From assembly GCA_046052125.1 (NCBI GenBank), contig JBJOMY010000001.1, forward strand, positions 1 to 64,000: a stretch of 64,000 bases of DNA, given 5' to 3'. Of the stretch, positions 42,612 to 53,663 are shown in pieces; within the stretch, counting starts at the first letter, position 1, and every line of letters begins with the position of its first letter. Under the pieces are notes generated by a model. It searched no databases, was not told the origin of the DNA, and saw only the letters and a list, made by a program, of their open reading frames with translations. The translations under genes were made by a program, and so were the position numbers. This DNA is from Cyanobacteriota bacterium. GTDB taxonomy: Bacteria; Cyanobacteriota; Cyanobacteriia; PCC-6307; Cyanobiaceae.

Positions 42612-45600
42612 TTGGCTTTCGTTCCGCTCCATAACCACAGCGACTACAGCCTCCTGGATGGAGCCAGTCAGCTGCCGGCGATGGTGAAGCGGGCCGAGGA
42701 GCTGGGCATGCCCGCCCTGGCGCTCACCGATCACGGGGTGATGTACGGCGCCATCGAGCTCCTGAAGCTCTGCAAGGGCACCTCGGTGAAGCCGATCATC
42801 GGCAACGAGATGTATGTCATCAATGGCTCCCTTGATGACCCCAACCCCCCCAAGAAAGAGCGCCGCTACCACCTGGTGGTGCTGGCCAAGAACGCGGTGG
42901 GTTACCGCAACCTGGTGAAGCTCACCAGCATCAGCCACCTGCGCGGCATGCGCGGGCGCGGCATCTTTTCGCGCGCCTGCATCGATAAGCCCACCCTCGA
43001 GCGCTATAGCGAGGGCCTGATTGTGGCCACCGCCTGCCTCGGCGGTGAGATCTCTCAGGCGATTCTGCGCAACCGGCCGGATGTGGCCCGCGATGTGGCC
43101 CGCTGGTATCAGGGCGTGTTTGGCGACGACTTCTACCTGGAGATCCAGGACCACGGCTCCCCGGAAGATCGGATCGTGAACGTGGAGATGGTGCGCATCT
43201 CCCGTGAGCTCGGCATCCCGATCGTTGCTACCAACGACGCCCATTACCTCACCAGCAACGACGCCGAAGCCCACGACGCCCTGCTCTGCATCCTCACCGG
43301 CAAGCTCGTGACCGATGAGAAGCGCCTGCGCTACACGGGCACTGAATACATCAAGGGTGAAGAGGAGATGCTCGGCCTGTTTGCCGATCACCTCGAGCCC
43401 GAAGTGGTGGCTGAGGCTGTAGCCAATACCGCCCTGGTGGCAGGGAAGGTGGAGGACTACGACATCCTCGGTCGCTACCAGATGCCGCGCTTCCCGATCC
43501 CGGAGGGGCACACGCCGGTGAGCTACCTGCGCGAGGTGAGCGAGCAGGGCTTGCGTGCCCGCCTGCAGCTCGCGGAGAGCGATGCCTTCACGCCGGAGTA
43601 TGGCGAGCGGCTCAGCTTCGAGCTGCAGGTGATGGAGCAGATGGGCTTCCCCACCTACTTTCTGGTGGTGTGGGACTACATCCGCTTTGCCCGAGAGAAC
43701 GGCATCCCCGTGGGGCCCGGTCGCGGCTCGGCCGCTGGTTCGTTGGTGGCCTATGCCTTGGGGATCACCAATATCGATCCCGTCACAAACGGCTTGCTGT
43801 TCGAGCGCTTCCTCAATCCGGAACGCAAATCGATGCCGGATATTGACACCGACTTCTGCATCGAGCGCCGTGGAGAGGTGATTGACTACGTCACCCGCCG
43901 CTATGGCGAGGAGAAGGTGGCGCAGATCATCACCTTCAACCGGATGACCTCCAAGGCGGTGCTCAAGGATGTCGCCCGCGTGCTCGACATTCCCTATGGC
44001 GACGCCGACCGCCTGGCGAAGTTGATCCCAGTGGTGCGCGGTAAACCCGCCAAGCTCAAGGAGATGATCGGCGAGGAATCGCCGGCGCCTGAGTTCCGCG
44101 AGAAATATCAGAACGATCCCCAGGTGAAGCGCTGGGTGGATATGGCGATGCGCATCGAAGGCACCAACAAAACCTTCGGTGTGCACGCCGCTGGTGTGGT
44201 GATCGCCGCCGATCCCCTTGATGAAGTGGTGCCGCTGCAGCGCAATAACGACGGCCAGGTGATCACCCAATACTTCATGGAAGACGTGGAGTCGATGGGG
44301 CTCCTGAAGATGGACTTCCTGGGGCTCAAAAACCTCACCATGATCGATAAAACGATCGATCTGGTGGAGCAGAGCACCGGCCAAAAGGTGGATCCCGATG
44401 CCCTCCCCCTCGATGATCCCGGCACCTATGGCCTGCTGGCCCGCGGTGATCTCGAGGGCATCTTCCAGCTCGAATCCAGCGGCATGCGCCAGATCGTGCG
44501 CGATCTCAAACCCTCATCACTGGAAGACATTTCCTCGATCCTGGCGCTCTATCGCCCGGGTCCACTGGATGCTGGTCTGATTCCGAAGTTCATCAACCGC
44601 AAGCACGGCCGCGAAGCGATCGACTTCGCCCACACCAAGCTTGAGCCGATCCTGCAGGAGACCTACGGGATCATGGTGTACCAGGAGCAGATCATGCGCA
44701 TTGCGCAGGATCTCGCCGGTTATTCCCTCGGTGAAGCGGATCTGCTGCGCCGGGCAATGGGTAAGAAGAAGAAGAGCGAAATGGAGAAGCACCAGAGCAT
44801 CTTCGTGAATGGTGCGACTGAGCGCGGCGTCGACCCCAAGATCGCCGAGGGGTTGTTTGAGCAGATGGTGTTATTTGCCGAATACTGCTTCAACAAGAGC
44901 CATTCCACCGCCTACGGCGCGGTGACGTATCAAACCGCCTACCTCAAGGCCCACTACCCGGTGGCCTACATGGCGGCGCTGCTCACGGTGAATGCCGGTA
45001 CCACCGACAAGGTGCAGCGCTACATCTCCAACTGCAACGCCATGGGCATCGAGGTGATGCCGCCGGATGTGAATGCCTCCGGCATCGACTTCACGCCCGT
45101 AGGCGAGCGGATCCTGTTCGGTCTCTCTGCCGTGCGCAACCTCGGCGATGGCGCCATCCGCGCCCTGCTCGAGGCCCGCAGCGCTGACGGCCCCTTCCGC
45201 TCCCTGGCGGATCTGTGCGACCGGATCCCCGGCACCACCCTCAACCGCCGCTCGCTGGAATCGCTGATTCACTGCGGTGCCCTCGATGCGCTCGAGCCCC
45301 AGGCCAACCGCGCGCAGCTGATGGCCGATCTCGATCTGATCGTGGATTGGGCTGCTTCCCGCGCTCGCGATCGCGCCAGCGGTCAGGGCAATCTGTTCGA
45401 CCTACTCGGCGGCGCTGCTAGCGATAGCGCTGCGGCCGAAGCCGGCAGTGGTGATCTCAGCACGGCACCCAAGGCCGCGCCTGTGCCTGATTACCCGCCA
45501 ACTGAGAAGTTGCGCCTGGAGAAGGAGCTCGTGGGCTTCTATCTCTCCGACCACCCGCTCAAGCAGCTCACCCGGCCGGTGCAGCTGCTCTCACCGGTGG

Positions 45601-46148
45601 GCTTGGGCAGTCTTGAGGAGCAGGCCGATAAGGCGCGCGTCAGCGTGGTGGGCATGGTGTCGGCTCTTCGGCCGGTGACCACCCGCAAGGGCGACCGGAT
45701 GGCCGTGTTGCAACTGGAAGATCTCAGCGGCAGCTGCGAGGCGGTGGTCTTCCCGAAGACCTACGCCCGCCTCGCCGATTTCCTGATGGTGGATGCGCGG
45801 CTGTTGATCTGGGCCTCGGTGGATCGCCGCGATGAGCAGGTGCAGCTGATCGTGGATGACTGCCGTGTGATCGACGAGCTCAAAGTGCTGGTGGTGGAAC
45901 TCCAAGGCGAAGAGGCCAGCGATATCGCCGTGCAGCACAAGCTGCGCGAATGCCTCAACCAACACCGCACCGAAAAGGATGAGGCGGGCGTGCGGGTGCC
46001 CGTGGTGGCGATGGTGCGCCTCCAGGAGCAGACCCGCTTCGTGCGCCTGGGTCACCAGTTCTGCGTGCGCGACAGCGAGGCTGCGCTCAGCAGCCTCACG
46101 GCCCAGGCCTTCCGCGCTCGCCTCAGCTCGCCGCTGGTGGCCGCTTGA
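42612..46148 (+). CDS. dnaE: DNA polymerase III alpha subunit (intact, intein-free)
   Basis: [15 protein letters not shown] domain, [22 protein letters not shown]. Confidence 0.98.
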   Translation: MAFVPLHNHSDYSLLDGASQLPAMVKRAEELGMPALALTDHGVMYGAIELLKLCKGTSVKPIIGNEMYVINGSLDDPNPPKKERRYHLVVLAKNAVGYRNLVKLTSISHLRGMRGRGIFSRACIDKPTLERYSEGLIVATACLGGEISQAILRNRPDVARDVARWYQGVFGDDFYLEIQDHGSPEDRIVNVEMVRISRELGIPIVATNDAHYLTSNDAEAHDALLCILTGKLVTDEKRLRYTGTEYIKGEEEMLGLFADHLEPEVVAEAVANTALVAGKVEDYDILGRYQMPRFPIPEGHTPVSYLREVSEQGLRARLQLAESDAFTPEYGERLSFELQVMEQMGFPTYFLVVWDYIRFARENGIPVGPGRGSAAGSLVAYALGITNIDPVTNGLLFERFLNPERKSMPDIDTDFCIERRGEVIDYVTRRYGEEKVAQIITFNRMTSKAVLKDVARVLDIPYGDADRLAKLIPVVRGKPAKLKEMIGEESPAPEFREKYQNDPQVKRWVDMAMRIEGTNKTFGVHAAGVVIAADPLDEVVPLQRNNDGQVITQYFMEDVESMGLLKMDFLGLKNLTMIDKTIDLVEQSTGQKVDPDALPLDDPGTYGLLARGDLEGIFQLESSGMRQIVRDLKPSSLEDISSILALYRPGPLDAGLIPKFINRKHGREAIDFAHTKLEPILQETYGIMVYQEQIMRIAQDLAGYSLGEADLLRRAMGKKKKSEMEKHQSIFVNGATERGVDPKIAEGLFEQMVLFAEYCFNKSHSTAYGAVTYQTAYLKAHYPVAYMAALLTVNAGTTDKVQRYISNCNAMGIEVMPPDVNASGIDFTPVGERILFGLSAVRNLGDGAIRALLEARSADGPFRSLADLCDRIPGTTLNRRSLESLIHCGALDALEPQANRAQLMADLDLIVDWAASRARDRASGQGNLFDLLGGAASDSAAAEAGSGDLSTAPKAAPVPDYPPTEKLRLEKELVGFYLSDHPLKQLTRPVQLLSPVGLGSLEEQADKARVSVVGMVSALRPVTTRKGDRMAVLQLEDLSGSCEAVVFPKTYARLADFLMVDARLLIWASVDRRDEQVQLIVDDCRVIDELKVLVVELQGEEASDIAVQHKLRECLNQHRTEKDEAGVRVPVVAMVRLQEQTRFVRLGHQFCVRDSEAALSSLTAQAFRARLSSPLVAA

Positions 46149-46554
46149 TCGAACTGCGCAGGCGGCCGATGTTCAGCCCGATCTGCTCCAGCCCCAGCAG
46201 GCTGCCGGCGCTCGGTTCCCAACTGGCGGACAGCACGCCGTAGCTCAGCCCCAGCAGGCCCAGCAGGAAAAAGCCCCCTGAGGTCAGCAATGTGACACCA
46301 GGGGGAATATCCATCAAACCTTTGCTCACCAGCAGATAACTGCCGATGAAGCTGCCCATGCCCAACACGGTTGGCGTGCCGGTGGCGATGGCCACGCGGC
46401 GTGCCATCCGATTGGCCACGTAGCTGGGAATGGTTTGGGTTCGGCCGGGGGAACTCTTGCTACTGGGTTTTGCAGGAGCACTCGGACTGATGCCTCGAGG
46501 TGCTGCATCACCGCTGCCCGCAGGGCGGGAGCGGTTCTTCCCCTTGCCTGCCAT
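46123..46554 (-). CDS. pam68: PAM68 family PSII assembly factor
   Basis: [25 protein letters not shown]; adjacent to rpsO. Confidence 0.9.
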   Translation of the reverse strand: MAGKGKNRSRPAGSGDAAPRGISPSAPAKPSSKSSPGRTQTIPSYVANRMARRVAIATGTPTVLGMGSFIGSYLLVSKGLMDIPPGVTLLTSGGFFLLGLLGLSYGVLSASWEPSAGSLLGLEQIGLNIGRLRSSIKRPPAAS

Positions 46555-46556
46555 CG

Positions 46557-46826
46557 TCAGCCGCGGATGCCGAGCTTCTGAATCAGGGTGGCGTAGCGCT
46601 GCTCGCTGTTGCTGCGCAGGTAGCTCAGCAGGCGCTTGCGGCGGCCGATCATCTTCAGCAGACCCTGCCGTGAAGAAAAGTCGTGGATGTTGTTCTGCAG
46701 GTGTCCGCTCAACTTGCTGATGCGCTCGCTCAGCATGGCCACCTGAACCTCAACAGAACCGGTGTCGGTGCCGTGGGTCTGATGAGTGTTGATCAGTTCT
46801 TGCTTCTTGGTGGTGTCGAGCGACAT
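46557..46826 (-). CDS. rpsO: 30S ribosomal protein S15
   Basis: [32 protein letters not shown]. Confidence 0.98.
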   Translation of the reverse strand: MSLDTTKKQELINTHQTHGTDTGSVEVQVAMLSERISKLSGHLQNNIHDFSSRQGLLKMIGRRKRLLSYLRSNSEQRYATLIQKLGIRG

Positions 46827-46885
46827 GCGCGGCGTCTGGCCCTGACGGTGCAAACAACCAACTTACCGCCTCGTGGTCACCTGCT

Positions 46886-47548
46886 TCAGGCGGCCTGACT
46901 GCGTGACAGCCAGCGCAGGCTTTCCCTCAGCCAGTCATCGGCTTGCCCGTCCTCCAGACCCGGCAGCCCCGCGACCGCCCGCAAGGCCCGGTTGATCTCC
47001 AGCGCTTCGTAGCCCAGGGCCGTGAGAGTGAGGCTTACCTCCTGACGGACATCGGCCGGCAGTTCCGCCTGATCGCTGCTGCCCTCCAGCGCCCGGTCGG
47101 CACGGTCGATCGGATCTAGGGCGCTGGCGTAGCGCTCCTGCAGGCGCGTTCGCAGTTCGACCGCCAGCCGTTCAGCGGTGCGTTTGCCCACGCCCGGCGC
47201 TTGAGAGAGCAAGCGCAGATCGGCCTGCACGATGGCCCGCACCAGCTCTTCACAGCTCAGTTGCCCCAGAAGCCCCAGGGCCATCTGCGGACCCACACCG
47301 CTCACGGCCACCAGCTCCCGGAACAGATCCCGTTCGGCCCGGCTGGCAAATCCGTAGAGCGTCCAGCCGTCGTCGCGGATCACCTGGTGGATGTGCAGCG
47401 TCAGGGCGCTGCCGCTCTCCCCCAGGCGCTCCCATTGCCGCCTGGGCACCTGCACCTCGTAACCCACCCCGTTGCACACCAGCAGCAGCCCGCAGCGGTT
47501 GGTGTGTTGCCAGCGCTCGGCGAGTTGCCCTTGCAGCCAGCCGATCAT
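46886..47548 (-). CDS. ruvA: Holliday junction branch migration protein
   Basis: MIGWLQG, GVGYEV, VSGVGPQMAL, PGVGKRTAERL. Confidence 0.96.
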   Translation of the reverse strand: MIGWLQGQLAERWQHTNRCGLLLVCNGVGYEVQVPRRQWERLGESGSALTLHIHQVIRDDGWTLYGFASRAERDLFRELVAVSGVGPQMALGLLGQLSCEELVRAIVQADLRLLSQAPGVGKRTAERLAVELRTRLQERYASALDPIDRADRALEGSSDQAELPADVRQEVSLTLTALGYEALEINRALRAVAGLPGLEDGQADDWLRESLRWLSRSQAA

Positions 47549-47570
47549 GGGGACACTTTCATTGCCACCC

Positions 47571-48038
47571 ATGCTGCCCGGTCCGACAACCCCGTTCTTG
47601 TCGTTGCAGCCGTTGCGTCGGGTTCTGGCGCTGGTGCTCTGTCTGCTGCTGAGCTTCGGCCTCAGTGCCTGCGCTGGCGGGCAGCCCTCGCAGAAAGTGC
47701 TGCTCTCGGCCCTGGCCCTGCAGATCGATCTCACGCAGCGCTCCATCGCCGACGCGCTCAACCTCTCCAGTGCCGATGGCAAACCCCAGGTGAGCCGGGT
47801 TCGGGTGGAGTCGCAGCAGGCGATGGCGATCGGCGGCAGCAAGGGCCTGCATCTCACCGGCCGTTTCGACTGGCGCCTTCCCGGAGATCCGATCCGTGTG
47901 GACAGTGCCTTTGATCTGTATCTGCAACGGGGTGAGCGGGGCCAGAGCTGGCGGCTGGCGCGCCCCAGCGGCAGCAGCGATGGCGCCAATCAGGATTGGC
48001 TGATCGATCCGCTGCCCCTCAAGGGCGAGAGCGCCTGA
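47571..48038 (+). CDS. Conserved hypothetical lipoprotein (start uncertain)
   Basis: Lipobox LSAC; FDLYLQRGERGQSWRLA. Confidence 0.7.
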   Translation: MLPGPTTPFLSLQPLRRVLALVLCLLLSFGLSACAGGQPSQKVLLSALALQIDLTQRSIADALNLSSADGKPQVSRVRVESQQAMAIGGSKGLHLTGRFDWRLPGDPIRVDSAFDLYLQRGERGQSWRLARPSGSSDGANQDWLIDPLPLKGESA

Positions 48039-48918
48039 GGCTGAGCAGCGTGGCAGCCAACACCAGCGCTGCAGCCAGGGCGGTATCGGGATCGAGCGAT
48101 TCCCGGAAGAACAGCCATCCCCACAGGGCTGCCAGCGGCACCTGCCCGTAGCTGAGGGCCGTCGCCCGTGCCGCTGGCATGCCCAGCAGGCCATTGGTCA
48201 CCCCCAGCTGGCCGAGCTGGGTGAACAGGCCAACGCCCACCAAAGCCAGGGCCTCCCAGGCCGTGGGCCACACCGGTTGCAGTGCCACCAGCGGGGCTGT
48301 GAGCACGAGCCCCACCAGCGGGAAATAGAACACGATCACCAGGGGGTGCTCAGTGCGCCCCAGGGCGCGAACGCTCACATAGGCGCAGGCTGAGAGCACG
48401 GCTCCGCCGATGGCCAGCAGCACCCCCTGTAGGGGTAGAGGCCTGGCTTCCGTGCCTAGCAGCAACTTGGCTAGAGGCCCCAGCAGGCCCGCCAGTTCGC
48501 TGGGATTGCTGAGCACTACCACCGCCAGCCACCCCAGCAGGGCCGCCAGCAGAATCCGCGGCCCGATCCGCTCGCGCAGCAGCCACCAGGCCAGCAGCGC
48601 TGTGACTGTGGGCTGCAGATACTGCAGCACCGTGGCAGCCGTGAGCGGCAGCTGCGCCAGGGCCGCGAACACGCACAGCAGGGCGCCGGTGCCGATCACC
48701 CCGCGCAGCACCAGCAGCCCCCGCCGTTGACCCCAGGGATTCAGCTCCGCCTGGCGCAGCATCACGATGCTCAGCAGCAGGCTCACGGCGGAACGGGCGA
48801 GCACCACCTCCGCCACCGGGATCCGGCCGCCCACCGCCTTCACGCACACGCCCATCAGGCTGAAACTGGCAGCGCTGGACAGCATCCACAGGGCAGCCCT
48901 GCCATCCTGAAGCCGCAT
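48019..48918 (-). CDS. DMT/EamA family transporter
   Basis: About 10 TMs, two EamA repeats. Confidence 0.9.
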   Translation of the reverse strand: MRLQDGRAALWMLSSAASFSLMGVCVKAVGGRIPVAEVVLARSAVSLLLSIVMLRQAELNPWGQRRGLLVLRGVIGTGALLCVFAALAQLPLTAATVLQYLQPTVTALLAWWLLRERIGPRILLAALLGWLAVVVLSNPSELAGLLGPLAKLLLGTEARPLPLQGVLLAIGGAVLSACAYVSVRALGRTEHPLVIVFYFPLVGLVLTAPLVALQPVWPTAWEALALVGVGLFTQLGQLGVTNGLLGMPAARATALSYGQVPLAALWGWLFFRESLDPDTALAAALVLAATLLSLRRSRP

Positions 48919-48931
48919 CCGTGCGCGCAGC

Positions 48932-51067
48932 GTGTCCGCTCCTCGCCTCCACCCCCGCACGATCGAGGCCGTCAAGGAACGCGCTGACATCGTTGATGTG
49001 GTGGGTGAGCACGTGGTGCTCAAGAAGAAAGGCCGGGAATTCGTCGGCGTCTGTCCTTTCCACGACGACAAATCGCCGTCGATGACGGTGTCGCCAGCCA
49101 AGCAGTTCTACTACTGCTTCTCCTGCGGGGCCGGTGGCAACGCGATCAAGTTCCTGATGGAACTGCAGCGCCAGAGTTTCAGCGATGTGGTGCTGGAGCT
49201 GGCGCGCAAATACCAGCTGCCGGTGGAAACCCTCGAGGGCCCCCAGCAGGAGCGCCTGCGCCAGCAGCTCTCACGCCGCGATCAGCTCCACAAGGCCCTC
49301 TCCCTGGCGGCCGGCTGGTTCCGCAGCCAGCTGCGCAGCCCGGAGGGCGCCGGTGCCCTGGCCTATCTGCGCGAGCAGCGGGGCCTGAGCGAAACCACGC
49401 TCGAGAGCTTCGGCCTTGGCTATGCGCCGGAGCGCTGGGATGGGCTGCTCAACCATCTGCAGCAGGTGGAGGGGCTCTCGCCGGAGCTGCTGGAGGCGGC
49501 CGGCCTGGTGGTGCCGCGGCGCGGCGGCGATGGCTTCTACGACCGCTTCCGGCACCGGGTGATGGTGCCGATCTGCGATCGCCAGGGCCGGATCATCGGC
49601 TTCGGCGGCCGCAGCCTGGATGGTGGCGAGCCCAAATATCTCAACTCTCCGGAAACGGAGGTGTTTGAGAAGGGCAAGCACCTGTTCGGCCTCGACAAAG
49701 CGGTGAACGCCATCCGCAAGGACGACCGGGCGGTGGTGGTGGAGGGCTACTTCGATGTGATCGCGCTGCACGCCGCCGGCATCACCAATGCGGTGGCGGC
49801 CCTGGGCACCGCCCTTAGCAGCCAGCAGATCACTCAGCTCTGCCGCTGCTGCGATGGCAAGCGCCTGATCCTCAACTTCGACACCGACGGCGCCGGTGTG
49901 CGGGCCGCCCAGCGGGCCATTGGTGAGGTGGAGCAGCTGGCGCTGCAGGGCCAGCTGGAGCTGCGGGTGCTGCACCTGCCCGCCGGTAAGGACCCGGATG
50001 AATTTCTCAAGGAGCACGGCGCCGGCGAGTACCGCTCCTTGCTGGATCAGGCGCCGCTCTGGCTCGACTGGCAGATCGATCAGGTGTTGGAGGGCCGTGA
50101 CCTGGCCCGCTCTGATCAGTTCCAGCAGTCGGTGAGTGAGCTGGTGGTGTTGCTGGGCAAGCTGCCCGCCAGTGCCGTCCGCTCCCGCTACCTGCAGCAG
50201 GTGGCCGAGCGGCTCAGTGGTGGTCAGGCGCGGCTGGCTCTGCAACTGGAAGACGACCTGCGTCAGCAGGTGAAGGGTCAGCGCTGGCATGGCCGCTCCC
50301 AGCGCTGGGAGCAGCCCGGTGAGGCGGGGTTGCGGGAGCGGGCTGAGGCGGAGCTGCTGCGGCTGTATCTGCATTGCCCGAGCCACCGGGGCTCCATTCG
50401 CGCTGAGTTGCGCCGCCGCGAGCTCGATGATTTCGCCATCGCCCATCACCGCCAGCTCTGGGCGGCAATCAGCTCCCTGGAGGAAGACAACCTCGGGGTG
50501 GGCCGGCTCGAGGCGATTAATCGCGGTGTTGATCCCGGCGCGGAACTGGCGGATCTCGATCTGCCGCGGCTGCTCTCCGATCAGCTGCTGCTCAGCGACA
50601 GCGAGGCTCCATCGGATCTGCCCACCCGGCTCACGCCCCTGCTTGAGCCCTCCGAGGTGCAGCGCCTGGCCCTGGCTAATCCGCTGCTACAGCTGCGCGG
50701 CACCACCGCGGCCCTGGAGCGGCAGCGCAGCCTTAAGCGTTGTCGCCATCTGCTCAATGCCTGGAGTGCCCAGCGGCTGGAAACCCTGGAGCGTTGCATT
50801 GCGCGTTTGTTGGAGGAGGGCCGCAGCGCTCCGCCCGAGCCACCCGAATCGGCATTGCCTCAGCCGGCCGCGCTCGATATGGAAACGCGCATTGATGCGA
50901 TGTTCGCTGACCTCAACAGCGACGCGTTGCGTTTTCAGGAGCTGTACTACAACGAACGGCAGCACATCGCCTTTCTTGATGAGCAGCGGCGCGCTGGATT
51001 TGATGAGCTAGTAGGCCCGAGTCCGGCCTCCGATCAGGCCACGCTCGCTGCTCAATCCAGCGGTTGA
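48932..51067 (+). CDS. dnaG: DNA primase
   Basis: CPFHDDKSPS..CFSC Zn finger, KYLNSPET, VEGYFD, FDTDGAG TOPRIM. Confidence 0.97.
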   Translation: MSAPRLHPRTIEAVKERADIVDVVGEHVVLKKKGREFVGVCPFHDDKSPSMTVSPAKQFYYCFSCGAGGNAIKFLMELQRQSFSDVVLELARKYQLPVETLEGPQQERLRQQLSRRDQLHKALSLAAGWFRSQLRSPEGAGALAYLREQRGLSETTLESFGLGYAPERWDGLLNHLQQVEGLSPELLEAAGLVVPRRGGDGFYDRFRHRVMVPICDRQGRIIGFGGRSLDGGEPKYLNSPETEVFEKGKHLFGLDKAVNAIRKDDRAVVVEGYFDVIALHAAGITNAVAALGTALSSQQITQLCRCCDGKRLILNFDTDGAGVRAAQRAIGEVEQLALQGQLELRVLHLPAGKDPDEFLKEHGAGEYRSLLDQAPLWLDWQIDQVLEGRDLARSDQFQQSVSELVVLLGKLPASAVRSRYLQQVAERLSGGQARLALQLEDDLRQQVKGQRWHGRSQRWEQPGEAGLRERAEAELLRLYLHCPSHRGSIRAELRRRELDDFAIAHHRQLWAAISSLEEDNLGVGRLEAINRGVDPGAELADLDLPRLLSDQLLLSDSEAPSDLPTRLTPLLEPSEVQRLALANPLLQLRGTTAALERQRSLKRCRHLLNAWSAQRLETLERCIARLLEEGRSAPPEPPESALPQPAALDMETRIDAMFADLNSDALRFQELYYNERQHIAFLDEQRRAGFDELVGPSPASDQATLAAQSSG

Positions 51068-51118
51068 TGGGACACTGTTTTTCAGCGTTTCCGTGCGTTT
51101 CCGATGCGATTGACCTCC

Positions 51119-51403
51119 ATGGATCCGTCTGTGGCCTTGTTCGCGCTGGGATCGAGCCTGCTGCTCGGCGCCTCGGTGATGCCTCAGAGCGCCGGCGCCA
51201 ACATGATGGAGCAGATCATCACCAGCAAGTGCGCTGAGGCGATGCAGGCCGACTTCCAGAAGGCCGGCAAAACACCGCCTGCCGGCATGGTGGAGTCCAC
51301 TTGCAGCTGCGTGTCCAACGGCATGCTCAAGAAGCGTCAGAGCCTCGAGCAAGCCAAGAGCCTCTGCGTGAAGCAAGCCACTGCTCAGTACGGCCAGCCC
51401 TGA
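51119..51403 (+). CDS. Small secreted Cys-containing hypothetical protein
   Basis: Signal peptide ending AGA; four Cys. Confidence 0.7.
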   Translation: MDPSVALFALGSSLLLGASVMPQSAGANMMEQIITSKCAEAMQADFQKAGKTPPAGMVESTCSCVSNGMLKKRQSLEQAKSLCVKQATAQYGQP

Positions 51404-51422
51404 TGGGTTGGTCTTCACCCCG

Positions 51423-52700
51423 TTAGCGGGCCCAAGCGGTGGGCAGATCCCCCAGTCGGGTCGTGGCGGCTCGTGACAGTTGCCCGCGCCGCATCATCCA
51501 GCTGGGCTGAAGCCCGCAGGCGGCCCATTGCACTGTGCCGCTGCCGTAACGGCGATTGAGTTGATCAATGTTGTGCAACAGCGTCTCGCGGCGTTGCTGC
51601 TGTTCATCGCTGAGGGGCGCTAGCAGGTGGTGCTGCAGCTGCTCCTCCCCTTGCAGCTCCTGCAGCAGCACACCCGCCTTGGCGAAGGGTTTGTGGGGTT
51701 TGTAGATCAGCGCCACCAGGGGCAGGGCCGCCCGCAGCAGCACGGCGGTGTCGTTGCTGGCCAGGGGCAGGGCGGCGCTGGCGGCCTGGCTGTAAAACCC
51801 CGGGCTGAAGGGACTGGTGCGGGCGAACACCGTGAGCCGTCCGCTCCGCTGCCGCTGGCGCCGCAGTTTCTCGGCCGCCCGCACCACATAGCTGGCCACC
51901 GCCTGGCGCAGTTCCAGCTCATCGCTGATCGTTCGACTGAAGCTGCGGCTCACGCAGGTTTCCCGTTTGGCGCTGGGGCCTTCTTCCAGGGGCAGGCAGC
52001 TCACCCCCTGCAATTCCAGCTGCAGCCGCAGACCCACCACGCCGGCCTTGGCTCGCAGTTCGCCGCTGGCCATGTCGCGCAGTTGGCGGGCATTGCTGAT
52101 GCCCCGCAGCCGGCACCAGCGGCTCAGCTGGCGCCCCACACCCCAGAGCTCCTCCACCGGGGTCTGCTCCAGCCACGGGTCGTGGCTGGGTTCAAGGCCC
52201 AGGTCGAACACGCCGGCGTGGCGGTGGTCGCCCTTGGCGATCCGGTTGGCGAGCTTGGCCAGCACTTTGCTGGGGGCCAGGCCGATGGCGATCGGGATCC
52301 CCAGGTTGTGGCGAATGCGGCTGCGCAGCTCCGTGGCCCAGCGGCGCAGCTCCCCTTGCCGTGGTCGGGGCAGCCGGGCGAAGGCCTCATCGATCGAATA
52401 CACCTCCAGCTCGGCCACGAACGGTTCGAGGCTGCTCATCAGCCGCTGGCTCATGTCGCCGTAGAGGGCGTAGTTGGAGCTGCGCACCACCACGCCATGG
52501 CGCGCCAGCTGCTCGGCGATCTGGAAGTAGGGCTTGCCCATGCCGATGCCCAGGCTGCGCGCCTCGCTGCTGCGGCTCACCACGCAGCCATCGTTGTTGG
52601 AGAGCACCACCACGGGCCGGCCGATCAGGGCTGGATCGAAGGCCTGCTCGCAGGAGGCATAGAAGTTGTTGGCATCGATCAGCGCCAGCGCATCAGCCAT
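51423..52700 (-). CDS. umuC: DNA polymerase V catalytic subunit
   Basis: IDANNFYASCE, SNNDGC, SSNYALY, YSIDE. Confidence 0.96.
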   Translation of the reverse strand: MADALALIDANNFYASCEQAFDPALIGRPVVVLSNNDGCVVSRSSEARSLGIGMGKPYFQIAEQLARHGVVVRSSNYALYGDMSQRLMSSLEPFVAELEVYSIDEAFARLPRPRQGELRRWATELRSRIRHNLGIPIAIGLAPSKVLAKLANRIAKGDHRHAGVFDLGLEPSHDPWLEQTPVEELWGVGRQLSRWCRLRGISNARQLRDMASGELRAKAGVVGLRLQLELQGVSCLPLEEGPSAKRETCVSRSFSRTISDELELRQAVASYVVRAAEKLRRQRQRSGRLTVFARTSPFSPGFYSQAASAALPLASNDTAVLLRAALPLVALIYKPHKPFAKAGVLLQELQGEEQLQHHLLAPLSDEQQQRRETLLHNIDQLNRRYGSGTVQWAACGLQPSWMMRRGQLSRAATTRLGDLPTAWAR

Positions 52701-53151
52701 GGCGCCCCAGGGAGTGGATCACGTGGATGGCCACGCCCCAGATCTGCACGTCGCCGCACTGATGCAGCTCCAGCGGTGGGTAGGCACTGTTGGCGGCCTC
52801 CAGCCGCAGCCGGCCCTGGTGACGGGCCAGGCGCTTGAGGGTGAAGGCGCCGTCGAGCACCGCCACCACCACCTGGCCGGGCCTGGCGTCCAGGCTGCGG
52901 TCCACCACCAGCAGGTCGCCGTCCTGGATGCCGGCCTCCACCATCGAATCGCCGCTCACCCGCAGGAAGAAGGTGCTGCTGGGGTGGCGGATCAGCGCCT
53001 CGTTGAGGTCGATGCCGACATCGATGTAGTCGTCGGCGGGGCTGGGAAACCCTGCGGCCACGGTGCTGGACGCCAACGGCAGCCGCAGGGGCGTGCGCTC
53101 CGCCCGCAGGGCGCCGATCAGCAGGCCGGAGGAATGCGGCAGCACAGGCAA
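52693..53151 (-). CDS. umuD: DNA polymerase V accessory subunit (S24 peptidase)
   Basis: VAAGFPSPA cleavage site, GDSM Ser, FTLKR Lys. Confidence 0.93.
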   Translation of the reverse strand: MPVLPHSSGLLIGALRAERTPLRLPLASSTVAAGFPSPADDYIDVGIDLNEALIRHPSSTFFLRVSGDSMVEAGIQDGDLLVVDRSLDARPGQVVVAVLDGAFTLKRLARHQGRLRLEAANSAYPPLELHQCGDVQIWGVAIHVIHSLGRHG

Positions 53152-53174
53152 GACCAGACAGCTCGCCCGCAGGC

Positions 53175-53190
53175 TAGTTCAGGTGTACTG
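53175..53190. promoter_or_regulatory. Cyanobacterial LexA (SOS) box upstream of umuD
   Basis: TAGTTCA-GG-TGTACTG versus consensus TAGTACA-N2-TGTACTA; about 25 bp upstream of umuD. Confidence 0.75.
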
Positions 53191-53214
53191 GTTCGGGCGT
53201 GGCGTGCGCCGCGA

Positions 53215-53652
53215 TTACTCCTCTTCGTCGCCTTCTAGGAGCAGCTGCTGGAAGGCGGTGTACAGCTCCAGTTCTTCGGCGTTGGCAGGTGCGCGCCGCT
53301 GGCGGTTGGGCCGCAGTTCGTCGCTGGCGCCGCGGGGCTGCAGGCCAGCCGTTGGCGATTGAGCCTGGCTGGCTTGGCGCTGGATGGCCTGGCGTTGTTC
53401 GGCCTGCCGGGCCCGTTGTTGATCGGTTTCCGCTTGGCGCAGCCGATCGAGCAGGTGGGGCGGCACTCTGCCGTCCGGGCTCACCTGCATCAGCTCGCGG
53501 AACAGGGCCTGGGGATCGGTTTCCGTTTCCACCCGGTGGCGCTTCTGGCTGGCGGGAGCCGCTGCGGCTGCGGTCTCCGGCTTGGGCAAGGGCTTCGGCA
53601 GGCTGCGGCCGAGCTGCTGTAGGCGCTCAAGGCTGCGGGCGTCAAAACTCAT
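53215..53652 (-). CDS. Conserved hypothetical protein
   Basis: MSFDARSLERL, HRVETE.DPQALFRELMQVSPDG.VPPHL. Confidence 0.75.
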   Translation of the reverse strand: MSFDARSLERLQQLGRSLPKPLPKPETAAAAAPASQKRHRVETETDPQALFRELMQVSPDGRVPPHLLDRLRQAETDQQRARQAEQRQAIQRQASQAQSPTAGLQPRGASDELRPNRQRRAPANAEELELYTAFQQLLLEGDEEE

Positions 53653-53663
53653 GGCGTGGGGCG

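Noticed and set aside
44860..44910. Possible split dnaE or intein at the EY/CFNKSH site
   Set aside because: The sequence reads continuously [12 protein letters not shown] with no intein. An intact dnaE is normal for picocyanobacteria.
51086..51104. Short direct repeat GCGTTTCCG x2 downstream of dnaG
   Set aside because: Only two 9-bp copies with no recognised regulator motif; insufficient support.
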